A stretch of 64,000 nt of DNA from an uncultured delta proteobacterium (GTDB lineage: Bacteria > Myxococcota_A > Polyangia > Haliangiales > Haliangiaceae): assembly GCA_963848295.1 (NCBI GenBank), contig CAWKDB010000002.1:992001-1056000 (forward strand). Reading direction: 5' to 3'. Position numbers and translations under genes: made by a program. A model generated the notes under the pieces. The model had not been told where the DNA came from, did not search any database, and worked only from the letters and a program-made list of their open reading frames with translations. Shown here one piece after another: positions 12,836-24,092 of the stretch (its first letter is position 1; every line of letters begins with the position of its first letter).

Positions 12836-14667
12836 GCCGCGTCCGCGAGCGGAACGGTGAACCAGAACGTCGCACCCGCTCCCGGCTCGCCGGTGACGCC
12901 GATCGCACCGCCGTGCGCGCGCACGATCTCGCTCGCGATGTAGAGCCCGAGGCCCGCGCCGCCGGCGGGGGCGCCCGGCACGCGCACGTACTTGTCGAAG
13001 ATCGCGTCTCGGTACTCCGCCGGCACCCCGGGGCCATGGTCGACGACCTCGAAGCGCAGCGCGTGGTCCGCTACGCGGGCGCGGACCGCGACCTCGCCAC
13101 CAGCTGGCCCGTAGCGGACGGCGTTGCCGACGAGGTTCGCGAGCACGAGCAGCAGGCGATCGCGGTCGACTGCGATCGCCGGCAGGCCTGGCATCAGCTC
13201 GGAGCGCAGCTCGACCTGGCGCTGCGCTGCGGTCGAGCGCTGTGCATCGAGCGCCTCGCGCACGACCACCTCCGGGTCCTCGGGCGCGATGCGCAGCTCG
13301 ATCCGGTCAGCCGAGATCCGCGACAGATCGAGCAACTCGTCGACGATCGCCTGTAGTCGATCGCACTCCTCGCGTGCCGCGAACACCAGGTCGGCCTGTT
13401 TCTCGGTGAGCTCGCCGACGGCCTTCTCGGCGAGCAGGTGCACCGCCATCCGGAGCGATGTCAGCGGCGTGCGCAACTCGTGGGCGACGGTCGCGACCAG
13501 ATCGCTGCGCAGCTCCTCGAACCGGCGCAGGCGAGTCACGTCCTGGAGCACGATCGTCGCACCGATCACGTCGCCCTCCTCGGCGTAGAGCGGCGCCGCG
13601 CGTGGCAGCAACAACACGCGGGTCCCGTCGGCCCCGACGACCTCGACCGCCTCGTCCAGTCCCTTCGGGACGTACGCGCCGTGCCCGGCGGCGACGTATT
13701 GGCGCAGCCGCTCGACCGCGCTGCGCACCGCCGGTTCCAGCGACGCGAGCGCGCCGCGCCCTGCCTCGGCGCGCACCTTGAGGATGGTCTCCGCGATGTG
13801 GTTCGCGTGGCGCAGCTCGCCATCGAGCGCGACCACGAGCACCGGATCGGGGAGGCTGTCGATCGCGGCCTGCGCGGCGAGCTGGGCCTCGAGCAGCTCG
13901 CCGAGCGAGCTCTCGCGATACTTGTGGATGCGTTCGGCCATCGTGTTGAGCTCGTGGGCGAGCTCACCGATCTCGTCGCCGCGCTCGACCCGCGCGCGAA
14001 CCGCGACATCGCCCTCGCCGAGCCGGCGCGCGGTCTGGCCAAGCACGCTGAGCGGCCGGAGGACGCGCGTCGTGATCACCGACGACAGCAACACGCCGAG
14101 CGCGAGGCCGGCGATCGACACGGCGACGAGCAGCATGTTCGACTCGTCGGCGAGGTCGCGCGCGTGGTCGCTCTTGCGGATCATCGCGTCCTGATTCATC
14201 CCGAGGATTACGTCGGCCGCGTTCTTGACCGCGAGAAAATCCGGAAGCAGTTTCGTGAAGTAGCGGTCGTCAAGCCCGACCGCCTCGGGGCTCGCCCGGA
14301 CCGCTCCGACATCGCTGCGATAGGTCGTCCAGGCGAGGTGCAGCGCGGCGGTCGCACCGCGCTCGCCGGCCTCGGTGATGTTCGCTTCCTGGGCCGCGAG
14401 CTCGGCTTCGAACTTGGGCACGTTCGCATCGACCTGGTCGAGGCCACGGCCTGCTCGCCCGATGATCGCGAACACGACACCACTGTCGATCCGCTCCGCC
14501 GCCTCCTTCATGCGCTCCGCGGCAAGCACCGAGCGATAGTTGTCCTCGAGGATGTGCCGCGATCCACGACCGAGCGCCTGGATCACTACGCTGCCGATCA
14601 CGATCGTGATGCCGAGCGCGAGCACGAGCGGCAACTGCGCGAGCACGAGCTTCGTGCGGAGCCTCAT
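12820..14667 (-). CDS. Membrane sensor histidine kinase (helical periplasmic sensor, HAMP, PAS-like, HisKA, HATPase; KinB-like)
   Basis: Two TMs, HAMP (GDEIGELAHELNTM), VAHELRTPL, NLVGNA, DHGPG, GAGLGL. Confidence 0.92.
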
Positions 14668-15842
14668 CCGCGCTCCTCTTCGCCGGGGGACCCGGAATCA
14701 AGCGCGACGACGTGCACGTCTAGATCATCGGCCTCGCGCAGCAAGCGCAGCGGCATCGACCGGCCGGCGAGTTGGCGCCACCACGGCTGATGCGACCGGC
14801 CGATCACGAGGTGACCGACGCCGTGCGAGCGCGCGAAGTCGATCAGCGCGTGAACCGGATCGCGAGCCCGTAGCCTGACGACCTCGGCGCCGAGCTCGCG
14901 CGCGAGCTCGATGTTCGCGAGCAGATGGCGCTGCGCCTCGGCATCGATCCGGTCCGGCGCCTCACGCGGCGTCTCGACATACACCACGAACCAATCGCCG
15001 GACAGCCGGCCAGCGAGCCGCGAGCCCTTGCGGAGCAGCAGCTCGGCGTGCGGAGGGTACGACGACATGCACACCATGACCCGACCGCGCGCATCGCGGG
15101 CCGCGCGCGCGCCGTTGGCCTCCACCGCGCCCGTGCGCGCCTTGGTCTCGCTCTGCCTCTCGAGGCTCTCCGCGACCTCGCGCAGCGCGAGCTCGCGCAG
15201 CGTGCTCAGATTACCGTCCTTGAAGAAGTGGCTCTCGGCCCAGGCCACCTTGTCGGCCGCGTAGATCTTGCCGCCACGCAGGCGTTCGATCAGATCCTCG
15301 ACCGAGAGATCGAGGTTGACGACCTGTACCGCCTCCTTGAGGAAGCGATCCGGCACGGTCTCGCGGATCGCAATGCCGGTCGTCTTCTCGACCACGTCCT
15401 TGAGCGACTCGAGGTGCTGGATGTTGAGCGCGCCGATCACGTTGATCCCGGCGGCGAGGATCTCGAGCACGTCTTGATAGCGCTTCTTGTGCTTGCTCCC
15501 CGGCGCGTTGCTGTGCGGAATCTCGTCGACGACGCACACCTCCGGCTTGCGCGCGAGGATCGCTTCGAGGTCCATCTCCTCGATCGACACGCCGCGATAC
15601 TCGATCGTGCGGCGCGGGATCAGCTCGAGGCCTTCGATCAACGCGGCGGTGTCGGCGCGGCCGTGGGTCTCGATGAAGCCGAGGACGACGTCGCTACCGC
15701 GCGCCCGTAGCGCGTGCGCCTCCTCGAGCATGCGATAGGTCTTGCCGACACCGGCCGCAAAACCGATGTAGAGCTTGAGCCCACCGCGCCGCGTGCGCTG
15801 CACCAGCTCGAGGAAGTCTTCAGGGCGCCGGCTCGCGGTCAC
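14664..15842 (-). CDS. kdpD: Stand-alone KdpD N-terminal sensor domain + USP domain (no TM or kinase part)
   Basis: KLYIGFAAGVGKTYRML, ETHGR, EEMDL, KRYQDVLEILAAGINV, NIQHLESL, LRELALRE; C-terminal USP. Confidence 0.93.
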   Translation of the reverse strand: MTASRRPEDFLELVQRTRRGGLKLYIGFAAGVGKTYRMLEEAHALRARGSDVVLGFIETHGRADTAALIEGLELIPRRTIEYRGVSIEEMDLEAILARKPEVCVVDEIPHSNAPGSKHKKRYQDVLEILAAGINVIGALNIQHLESLKDVVEKTTGIAIRETVPDRFLKEAVQVVNLDLSVEDLIERLRGGKIYAADKVAWAESHFFKDGNLSTLRELALREVAESLERQSETKARTGAVEANGARAARDARGRVMVCMSSYPPHAELLLRKGSRLAGRLSGDWFVVYVETPREAPDRIDAEAQRHLLANIELARELGAEVVRLRARDPVHALIDFARSHGVGHLVIGRSHQPWWRQLAGRSMPLRLLREADDLDVHVVALDSGSPGEEERG

Positions 15843-15861
15843 GTGGCCATCCTAGCGGGCT

Positions 15862-17733
15862 TTACTCGTGTAGATGGAACGGCGTGGTGATGACCACGAC
15901 GCGGTCCGAGCATTGCGAGCGCAGCATCATCCGGAGAAATGTGCCGCGATTGTTATGCAGGGCGCCCTCGTACCAGTGACTCATGATCAGGTCGGGGATC
16001 ACGACGGCGATGTCGCGATCGCGATGTTTGATCTCGAGCCCTTTGACGAAGCCGACGAACGGGCTCAAGAACTCCCGATATTGCGACGTCAGCACGATCA
16101 GCTTGGGCTGCGCGATCCGGTTCCTGCGCGCCGGGTTCGCGATCAACAGCTCCCAGTTATCCGACAGGTCTTCGGTCGTGCTGGTCTCGGTCTTGACCTG
16201 CACGACATAGATGTCATCGGACAAGCGCAGCGCGAACTTGAGGCCCTGGAGCGTCATCTTCGTCCAGCTACCGGCGGCGAGCACGACAACCGGATCGACG
16301 CGATCCGGCATCTCCATCGGCTCGATCGTCGCGACTTGAATGCCGACCTTGCGGTAGTGGCGATTGATCCGGAGAAAGAACAGCACGAGCAACGGCACGA
16401 CCACGACGGTCAGCCACGCACCCTCGCCGAACTTGGAGATGCTGACGACGACGAGCGTCGCCCCGGTCGCGATCGCGCCCGCGGCGTTGACGAGCATCGA
16501 CCGGCGCGCACCGGCGCCCCCGAGCGTCTTCCAATGCAGCACCATGCCGGCTTGCGACAGCGTGAACGCGAGGAACGCGCCGATCGCGAACAGCGGGATC
16601 AACTTGTCGGTGATTCCGCCGAACGCGACGATCAGCGCACCGGCGAGGACCGCGAGCACGATGATACCGGTCGAGAACACGAGCCGACGACCGCGCTCGG
16701 CGAACGACCCCGGCAGGTAGCGATCGTCGGCGAGCAGCCGGCACAGGCGGGGAAAGCCGGCGAAGCTCGTGTTCGCCGACAGCGCGAGCACCGCGACGAT
16801 CGCGGCCATCGCGGCGTAGTAGAACACGCCGCGCCCGACAACCGCGGCGATCAGCATCGACAGCACACTCTGATAGCCGTGGGCGCCGGGGTCGGTAGCG
16901 CCGATATTGTAGGCGCGGCACAGGTACGCGACGCCTGCGAGCAGCGCGATCAGGATCACGATGATCGCGGTCAGCGTTCGTTGCGCGAGCGCGATCGCCG
17001 GCTTGCGAAAGATCGGCACCGCATTCGAGACCGCCTCGACGCCGGTCATCGCGGTGCAGCCGCTGGCAAACGCTTTGAGCAACACCCATGCGCTCGCCGC
17101 CTCGACCGCGGCGGGCATCGCCGGCGGAACCTCGACCGGCTCCGGCGCACCGCCGGACGCGATCGCCTTGACGACGCCGATGACGATCACGACGCCGAGC
17201 GCGCCGACGAACGCATACGTCGGCAGCATGAACGCGGCGCCGGACTCCTTGATCCCGCGCAGGTTGACGAGCGTGATGAGCACGAGGATTGCGACGCACA
17301 ACCCGAGCGTGTGCGGCAACAGCTGCGGGAACGCCGAGACCAGCGCACCGACGCCCGCGCAGATCCCGACGGCGACGTTGAGGATGTAGTCGACGGCGAG
17401 GGCGGCGCCGGCGAGCAGCCCGAGGTGCGGGCCCAGGTTATCCCTCGCCACGGTGTACGAGCCGCCGCCGTTCGGGTACGCCACGATCGTCTGGCGATAG
17501 GAGAAGTACACGATGATCAGGATCGCGCAGATGATCGCGACGATCGGCAGCGCATACACGAGCCCGATCGTGCCGAGTGGGATCAGCAGCGTGAGCGCGG
17601 CTTCAGGGCCGTACGCCGCCGACGACAAGGCATCGAGCCCGAGGATCGGGATCCCCGCCGCGGGGCCGATGTGCTGATGCTCGTCCTCGTGGGTCGCGAG
17701 CTGACGGCCGAGTAGCGAATCGAGGAACGCCAC
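15862..17733 (-). CDS. APC-fold KimA/YdaO-like K+ transporter
   Basis: LDALSSAAYGPE, YPNGGGSY, VDYIL, TGVEAVSN, ANTSFAGFPRL; GTG at 17733 preceded by a GGAG SD. Confidence 0.88.
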   Translation of the reverse strand: MAFLDSLLGRQLATHEDEHQHIGPAAGIPILGLDALSSAAYGPEAALTLLIPLGTIGLVYALPIVAIICAILIIVYFSYRQTIVAYPNGGGSYTVARDNLGPHLGLLAGAALAVDYILNVAVGICAGVGALVSAFPQLLPHTLGLCVAILVLITLVNLRGIKESGAAFMLPTYAFVGALGVVIVIGVVKAIASGGAPEPVEVPPAMPAAVEAASAWVLLKAFASGCTAMTGVEAVSNAVPIFRKPAIALAQRTLTAIIVILIALLAGVAYLCRAYNIGATDPGAHGYQSVLSMLIAAVVGRGVFYYAAMAAIVAVLALSANTSFAGFPRLCRLLADDRYLPGSFAERGRRLVFSTGIIVLAVLAGALIVAFGGITDKLIPLFAIGAFLAFTLSQAGMVLHWKTLGGAGARRSMLVNAAGAIATGATLVVVSISKFGEGAWLTVVVVPLLVLFFLRINRHYRKVGIQVATIEPMEMPDRVDPVVVLAAGSWTKMTLQGLKFALRLSDDIYVVQVKTETSTTEDLSDNWELLIANPARRNRIAQPKLIVLTSQYREFLSPFVGFVKGLEIKHRDRDIAVVIPDLIMSHWYEGALHNNRGTFLRMMLRSQCSDRVVVITTPFHLHE

Positions 17734-17791
17734 TAGCCAGCTCCCCACCGCCGGACCGGGGGGCTCGAGGGCCGAGCGCGGCGCCGCGCGA

Positions 17792-18448
17792 TCACGGCGA
17801 TTTCGGCGCTCCCGCGACCGCCGCGATCGGACGTCCGAATTGGCGATCGAGCGCGAGATTGACCTCGAGCACGTTGACGTGCGGCTCGCCGAGCAACCCG
17901 AGCTCGCGGCCTTCGGTGTGCTCGACGACGATGGACTGCACTCGCTCGACCGCGACCCCGCGCGCCTTCGCGATCCGCGGGCACTGCAACCACGCGTTAT
18001 CGGGCGACACGTCGGGATCGAGGCCGCTCGCCGACCGCGACACCGCGTCGGCGGGGACCGGCACGTCGTCGGGCAGCGCGTTGTCCGCGCGATATGCCGC
18101 GGCGAGCTGGGCGACGCCGGTGAACGACTCATCCACGTCTTTGGTCGCCGGATCGTCGGGCTGGCCTTCGCGCAGCTTCTTCGACGTCACCGCGAGGTTC
18201 GTGCCGCCCGAGTTCGCCGCGTCGTAGCTGTTCGCCGATGGCCGGGGCTGGAGATACGGCGCGGTCGCGAAGCCCTGGGCGATCAGCTCGGAGCCGACCT
18301 CGACACCCTTGTCGTCGATGACGATCGAGCCGTTCGCGCGGTGCGGGAACGCGAGCTGGGCGACCCCGGTCACCGCGAGCGGATAGACGATGCCGGTGAG
18401 GACGAGCGTGACCAGCGTCGCGCGGAGGGCGACGATCAGGGTCTGCAT
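17792..18448 (-). CDS. kdpC: K+-transporting ATPase subunit C
   Basis: LTGIVYPLAVTG, ANGS, GSELIAQGF, SGGTNL, SASGLDPDVS, GEPHVNVLEVNLALD. Confidence 0.95.
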   Translation of the reverse strand: MQTLIVALRATLVTLVLTGIVYPLAVTGVAQLAFPHRANGSIVIDDKGVEVGSELIAQGFATAPYLQPRPSANSYDAANSGGTNLAVTSKKLREGQPDDPATKDVDESFTGVAQLAAAYRADNALPDDVPVPADAVSRSASGLDPDVSPDNAWLQCPRIAKARGVAVERVQSIVVEHTEGRELGLLGEPHVNVLEVNLALDRQFGRPIAAVAGAPKSP

Positions 18449-18450
18449 GA

Positions 18451-20511
18451 CTACACCGCTCCGATCGCGGTGAGCGCGAGGTCGATGAGCTTGATCCCGA
18501 CGAACGGCGCGATCACGCCGCCGGCTCCGTAGATCACCAGCGAGCGCCGGAGGATCGCGGCGGCGCCGAGCGGGCGGTACTTCACGCCGCGCAGCGCGAG
18601 CGGGATCAGCGCGATGATGATGATCGCGTTGAAGATCACCGCCGACAGGATCGCCGACAGCGACGAGCTCAGCCCCATGATGTTGAGCGGCTCGATCTGC
18701 GGATAGACGCCGGCGAACATCGCGGGCAGGATCGCGAAGTACTTCGCGACGTCGTTCGCGATCGAGAACGTCGTCAGCGAGCCGCGGGTCATCAGCAGCT
18801 GCTTGCCGACCTCGACGACCTCGAGCAGCTTCGTCGGATCGGAGTCGAGGTCGACCATGTTGCCGGCCTCCTTCGCGGCCTGCGTGCCGGTGTTCATCGC
18901 GACCCCGACGTCGGCCTGCGCGAGCGCGGGCGCGTCGTTCGTGCCGTCGCCCGTCATCGCGACGAGCTTGCCCTTCGCCTGCTCCGCCTTGATGATCGCC
19001 ATCTTGTTCTCGGGCGTGGCCTCGGCGAGGAAGTCGTCGACGCCGGCCTCGGCCGCGATCGCCTTCGCGGTGCGCGGGTTGTCGCCGGTGATCATCACGG
19101 TGCGGATGCCCATCGCGCGGAACCGCAGCGAACCGTTCGCGGATGCCCTGCTTGACGATGTCCTTCAGGTGGATCACGCCGAGCACGCGCTCGCCGTCGC
19201 TGACCGCGAGCGGCGTGCCTCCGGTGTCGCCGATCTTGTCGGCGAGCTCGCGACGTCCTCCGGCAGCGCCCCGCCCCGCGCGACGACATACGCCTTGACC
19301 GCGTCGACCGCGCCTTTGCGGATCGCGCGGCCGTCTTCGAGATCGAGCGCCGCTCATCCGCGGTCTGCGCGGAGAACTTGATGAAGGTCGCGCCCTTCGC
19401 CTCGCGCGGCGGCGATGCCGTGCTGTCCTTCACGAGCGTCACGATCGAACGGCCCTCCGGCGTCTCGTCCGGCGAGGCTCGATAGCATCGCGGCCTCGGC
19501 GAGGTCCTCGATCCGCACGCCCGCGGCCGGCAGCAGCTCCGACGCCATCCGGTTGCCGTGCGTGATCGTGCCGGTCTTGTCGAGCAGCAGCACGTCGACG
19601 TCGCCGGCGGCCTCGACCGCGCGCCCGCTCATCGCGATCACGTTCTTGCGCAGCAGCCGATCCATGCCGGCGATGCCGATCGCCGAGAACAGCCCGCCGA
19701 TCGTCGTCGGGATCAGGCACACCAGCAGCGCGACGATCACCGTCGCGGATAGGTGCACGCCCGAGTAGATGCCGAGCGGCACGAGCGTGACGCACGCGAA
19801 CATGAACACGATCGTCAGCCCGACCAGCAGAATGTGCAGCGCGATCTCGTTCGGCGTCTTCTGCCGCGCCGCGCCTTCGACCAGCGCGATCATCTTGTCG
19901 AGAAACGACTCGCCGGGGTTCGCCGCGATCTCGACGATGATGCGATCGGACAGCACCTTGGTGCCGCCGGTGACGCTCGAGCGATCGCCGCCGGACTCGC
20001 GGATCACCGGTGCGGACTCGCCGGTGATCGCGGACTCGTCGACCGACGCGATGCCCTCGACGACCTCGCCATCGCCCGGGATGAGATCGCCGGCCTCGAC
20101 CACGACGCGGTCGCCCTTGCGCAGCTGAGACGCCGGCGATGACCTCGGGCAGCTCCTTGCCGGCTCGACGAGCTTCCGCGCGACCGTCTCTTGGCGCATC
20201 TTGCGCAGCGCGTCGGCCTGCGCCTTGCCGCGGCCCTCGGCGACCGCCTCCGCGAAGTTCGCGAACAGCACGGTGAACCACAGCCACAGCGTGATCGCGA
20301 TCGAGAACCACAGCGGCGTCGTGCTCGGCCGCCGACGACCACGTCGCGCACGACGAGCCCGGTCGTCAACAGCGAGCCGACCGCGACGACGAACATCACG
20401 GGGTTCTTCGCGAGCAAGCGCGGCGCGAGCTTCGCGAAGCTGTCGCGGATCGCGCGTTCGGACGATCGCGGCGTCGAACATCGACGGTTGGGTCTTGGCG
20501 TGTTTCGCCAT
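18451..20511 (-). CDS. kdpB: K+-transporting P-type ATPase subunit B (several frameshifts in this sequence)
   Basis: [42 protein letters not shown] and [14 protein letters not shown] spread across three frames. Confidence 0.93.
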
Positions 20512-22236
20512 CACATCACCTCGCCGTGCAGCGCCTGGAAGTGCTCGACCACGGGGCCGAGCGACAAGGCCGGGAAGAACGTCAACGCGCCTACGATCAC
20601 GATCACGGCGACGAGCAGCGCGGTGAACAACCAGCCAGTTCGTCGGGAACGTCCCGAGCCCCGGCGCGACCGTCTTCTTGTTGAGCATCGCGCCGGCGAT
20701 CGCGAGCACCGGGACGATCATGAAGAACCGACCGGCGAGCATCGCGAGACCGAGCACGACGTTCCACCAGTCGTGTGTTCGCGTCGAGCCCGGCGAACGC
20801 CGAGCCGTTGTTGCCGGCGGCGCTGGAGAATGCGTACAGCATCTCGGACAGGCCGTGCGGGCCGTTGTTGTTGAGCGTGCGAGTTGCCGTAGCCGGCGAC
20901 CGACGCCCACGCCGTGAACCCCAGGATGATCAGCGGGAACACCAGGACGTAGAGCATCGCGAGCTTCATCTCGCGGCCTTCTATCTTCTTGCCGAGATAC
21001 TCCGGCGTTCGCCCGACCATCAGGCCGGCGATGAACACGGTCAGGAGTACGAACACGAGCACGCCGTACAACCCCGCGCCGACGCCGCCGAACACGACCT
21101 CGCCGAGCTGGATGTTCACCAGCGGCACCATGCCGCCGAGCGGCGTGAAGCTGTCGTGCATCGAGTTGACCGCGCCGCACGACGCGTCGGTCGTGACCGT
21201 CGCGAACAGCGCGGAATCGGCGACGCCGAACCGTGTCTCCTTGCCCTCGAGGTTGCCCGGCGCAGAAGCGACGCCGAGGCCGTGCATCGCGGCGTTGCCG
21301 TGCGACTCGGCCGAGTACGCGGTGGCGACGCCAGCGAAGAACAGCACCGACATCGCGGCGAACAGCACCCAACCTTGGCGCTGGTCGCGCGCCATCCGGC
21401 CGTACGTGTACGTGAGCCCGGCGGGGATCGCGAAGATCAGCACCATCTCGATGAAGTTCGTGATCGCGGTCGGGTTCTCGAACGGGTGCGCGCTGTTGGC
21501 GTTGAAGAACCCGCCGCCGTTCGTCCCGAACATCTTGATCGCTTCTTGCGACGCGACCGGTCCCATCGCGATCGTCTGCTTGCCACCCTCGAGCGTGGTC
21601 ACCGTGTGATACGGGGTCGAAGTTCTGGATCACGCCCTGCGCGACCAGCACGATCGCGACGACGATGCAGATCGGCAGCAGCACGTAGACGAGGCCGCGG
21701 ATCAGATCGACGTAGAAGTTGCCGACGCCCTTGGCGCCATCCGGGCCCGGCTGCCGGGTCAAGCCACGTGCGATCACGAGCGCGACGCCGATCCCGACCG
21801 CGGCCGACGTGAAGTTGTGCCAGGCGAGCCCGGCCATCTGCGTCAGGTAGCTCATCGTCGCCTCGGGGACGTACGCCTGCCAGTTGGTGTTCGTCGCGAA
21901 GCTCGACGCCGTGTTGAACGCGAGTGGTCCGGGCACGCCGCCCAATTTTTGCGGATTGAAAGGCAGCGAGCCCTGGGCGCGCTCGATCAAGTACGTGACG
22001 AGGATCCCGAGCGCGCTGAACACCAGCATCGCGATCGTATATTGCAACCAGGTCTGTTCCTTGGGCTCGCGCAGCCCGCACAGCCGCAATAGCCCGCGCT
22101 CGACGCGCCCGAGCGTGCGCGGCAACGGCTGCCGGTCGCCCTCGTACACGCGATGCATGTATGCGCCGAGCGGCTTGGTGATCGCGAGGATCACCGCAAA
22201 GAACCCCAGGATCTGCGCCCAGCCGTTGAACGACAT
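20511..22236 (-). CDS. kdpA: K+-transporting ATPase subunit A (frameshifted in this sequence)
   Basis: [46 protein letters not shown] coupling to kdpB. Confidence 0.93.
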
Positions 22237-22325
22237 CAGAATCGCTCCGGCGCGAGCAGCGCGTAGACCAGGTAGGCGGTGACCAGCACCGCGACGATGA
22301 GGCCGATGAGGTATTCGGTGGCCAT
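22236..22325 (-). CDS. kdpF: K+-transporting ATPase subunit F (29 aa)
   Basis: Manual translation [29 protein letters not shown] with the typical YL..ALL.PERF ending; TGATG overlap with kdpA; below ORF-track cutoff. Confidence 0.92.
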   Translation of the reverse strand: MATEYLIGLIVAVLVTAYLVYALLAPERF

Positions 22326-22327
22326 GG

Positions 22328-22411
22328 CTAGATCCGATCGACCGAACGCGCGTAGAGCACGGCGATCGCGAAGAACGCGACGGTGACGGCGATGAAGATC
22401 AGGTCGGTCAT
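22328..22411 (-). CDS. 27-aa single-TM peptide upstream of kdpF
   Basis: [27 protein letters not shown]; fills the gap between porin stop (22416) and kdpF start; GC3-rich codons. Confidence 0.75.
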   Translation of the reverse strand: MTDLIFIAVTVAFFAIAVLYARSVDRI

Positions 22412-22415
22412 CGCG

Positions 22416-23913
22416 TCACATCTTGACTTCGAGCGCCAGCGTGAACCGTGGCTCGTTCTTTACGAGATCAGGACTCCACGTGACGTTGCCGGCGGCATCC
22501 GTGATCTGCGACCCGGGTGCGCCTGCGTTGCCACCCGGCGGCGTGACTGCCGCCCGGGCCCGCGAAGTACGGGACGCTCGCGTGGCGATAGACGAACTCC
22601 GCACGGAACGTGATGTACTGCGCCGGCATGTAGTCGAACGTCAGCTGCGTGTCCCACGCGGTGTACGGATCGCCGGGATTCTCCGTGAAGTAAGGCGTGC
22701 CCGAGGCCGCCGTCGCGCCGTTGATCGGCGGCAGCAGTACGAGGTAGCGCCCCGGGTTGTCGATCATGCCGCCGCCGAAGCGTCATCGCGTACTTCTCGC
22801 CGTGCCACGCGCGGACGTACGCCATGAACCCGACGAAGAACTGAGAGGGTGTCGTCGAGTTGCCGCCGGCACACTGGACGCCGCCACCCTGCTCGCAGCC
22901 CGCGTCGACCGTCAGCGTGGTCGCGACGCGCGAGATGAAGTTGGCCTTGTTCTCGTACCACTTGACCTGGACCGAGTCGTCGGTGTGGATAGCGATGGCG
23001 ACCCGGTACGCCGAGCGCGTCGGTACCGAGCGTGTACTGATTGAAGACCAGGATCAGGTTGCCGTTCGGCGTGTAGCGGATCTGACCGCCGACGCCGGGC
23101 CACGAGTTGAACTTCGCGTACGACTGCCAGCCGTTGATCAGCCACGGCTCGATCTTGAGCTTGTCGCTCGGGAACCACTGGGCCCGGACGCCGTTGAAGA
23201 ACCACGGCGTGTTCGATGACACGTACGACGGCTGGTACGTCCAGTTGTCGAAGTTGTAGTAGCTCCACAAGCCGATGTAGCTGAGGAAGATGCCGGCCTG
23301 GATGTTGATCGCCGCGGTGCGGATCGCCGAAGTGATAGCCGCCATAGGCTTCCGAGATGTAGCGATACGCGTCTGAGAGGTCCCACTGGCCGCGCGCCGG
23401 GCTCGCGTCGTTGCGCGGCGTCGTGGTCGACAGCTCGCCGAACTGGGTCATGAAGCGGCCCTGGACGTTGTCCCAGTGAAAGTCGCCGCCGAAACCGAGC
23501 TGGGTGACCTGGTTCTCGCCCGAGCGCCAGCCTTCGGTAGCACCGACGATGGTGTCGTCCTTGGGGTGGTTGAAGCTGTACATGAACTCGTCGTCGAGCC
23601 GGAACTCGCCGGTGAAGTACTTGTTGCCGAGCGGCGAATCGTGCGTGCGCGCGCTGCCCGACTGCCACGTGAAGTCGGCGAACGTGAACGGATCGAGCTC
23701 CTCCGGAACGGTCGGCGCGGCGACCGGCTCCGCGACGGGCGGAGTCGCGACGGTCGGCGGTGCGGGATCGATCGGCGGTGGCGCCGGCGCGGGTGCACCC
23801 GGTGCGGGAGCGGGCTCACCCGGCGCAGGATCTGCGGGACTTGCGGGCTGGGCGATAGCGACAGAGACGAGCGCCGCCGACAGAGGCAGTGCATAGGCGA
23901 GACGACGGAGCAT
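22416..23913 (-). CDS. Outer-membrane beta-barrel porin (BBP2/OmpL-like), frameshifted in this sequence
   Basis: Signal peptide, Pro linker, GIFLSYIGLWSYYNFDNWTYQPSYVSSNTPWFFNG; colinear similarity to the 24093 porin; pieces in several frames. Confidence 0.8.
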
Positions 23914-23926
23914 GGCGAGCGTCCTG

Positions 23927-23944
23927 ATGCAGCGCCTGTGCCGA
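23927..23944 (-). promoter_or_regulatory. Sigma54 -24/-12 promoter for the porin-kdpFABC operon
   Basis: Minus strand TCGGCAC-AGGCG-CTGCAT (GG-N10-GC), ending 13 nt before the ATG at 23913. Confidence 0.7.
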
Positions 23945-23990
23945 GCGTGAGCCTCGTCATGTCACGGCGTTGGCCTACACGGGACGACTC

Positions 23991-24038
23991 GCAATGCATC
24001 TTGCACGGTCACTCACGCTGGGTCGGGCAACCTGCATG
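23991..24038. promoter_or_regulatory. Putative enhancer (EBP-binding) sites
   Basis: GCAA-TGCATC-TTGC palindrome (23991-24004) and GGGCAACCTGCAT (24025-24037) upstream of the sigma54 site. Confidence 0.4.
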
Positions 24039-24092
24039 ACGACTGGTGGCCACGCCAAAGGATTCGGATACGACGCGATCAACGCGCCGCGG

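Noticed and set aside
19354..22236. Apparent 960-aa KdpA-KdpB fusion in the ORF track
   Set aside because: Produced by compensating indels; separate stop and start (TGATG) are visible at 20509-20513
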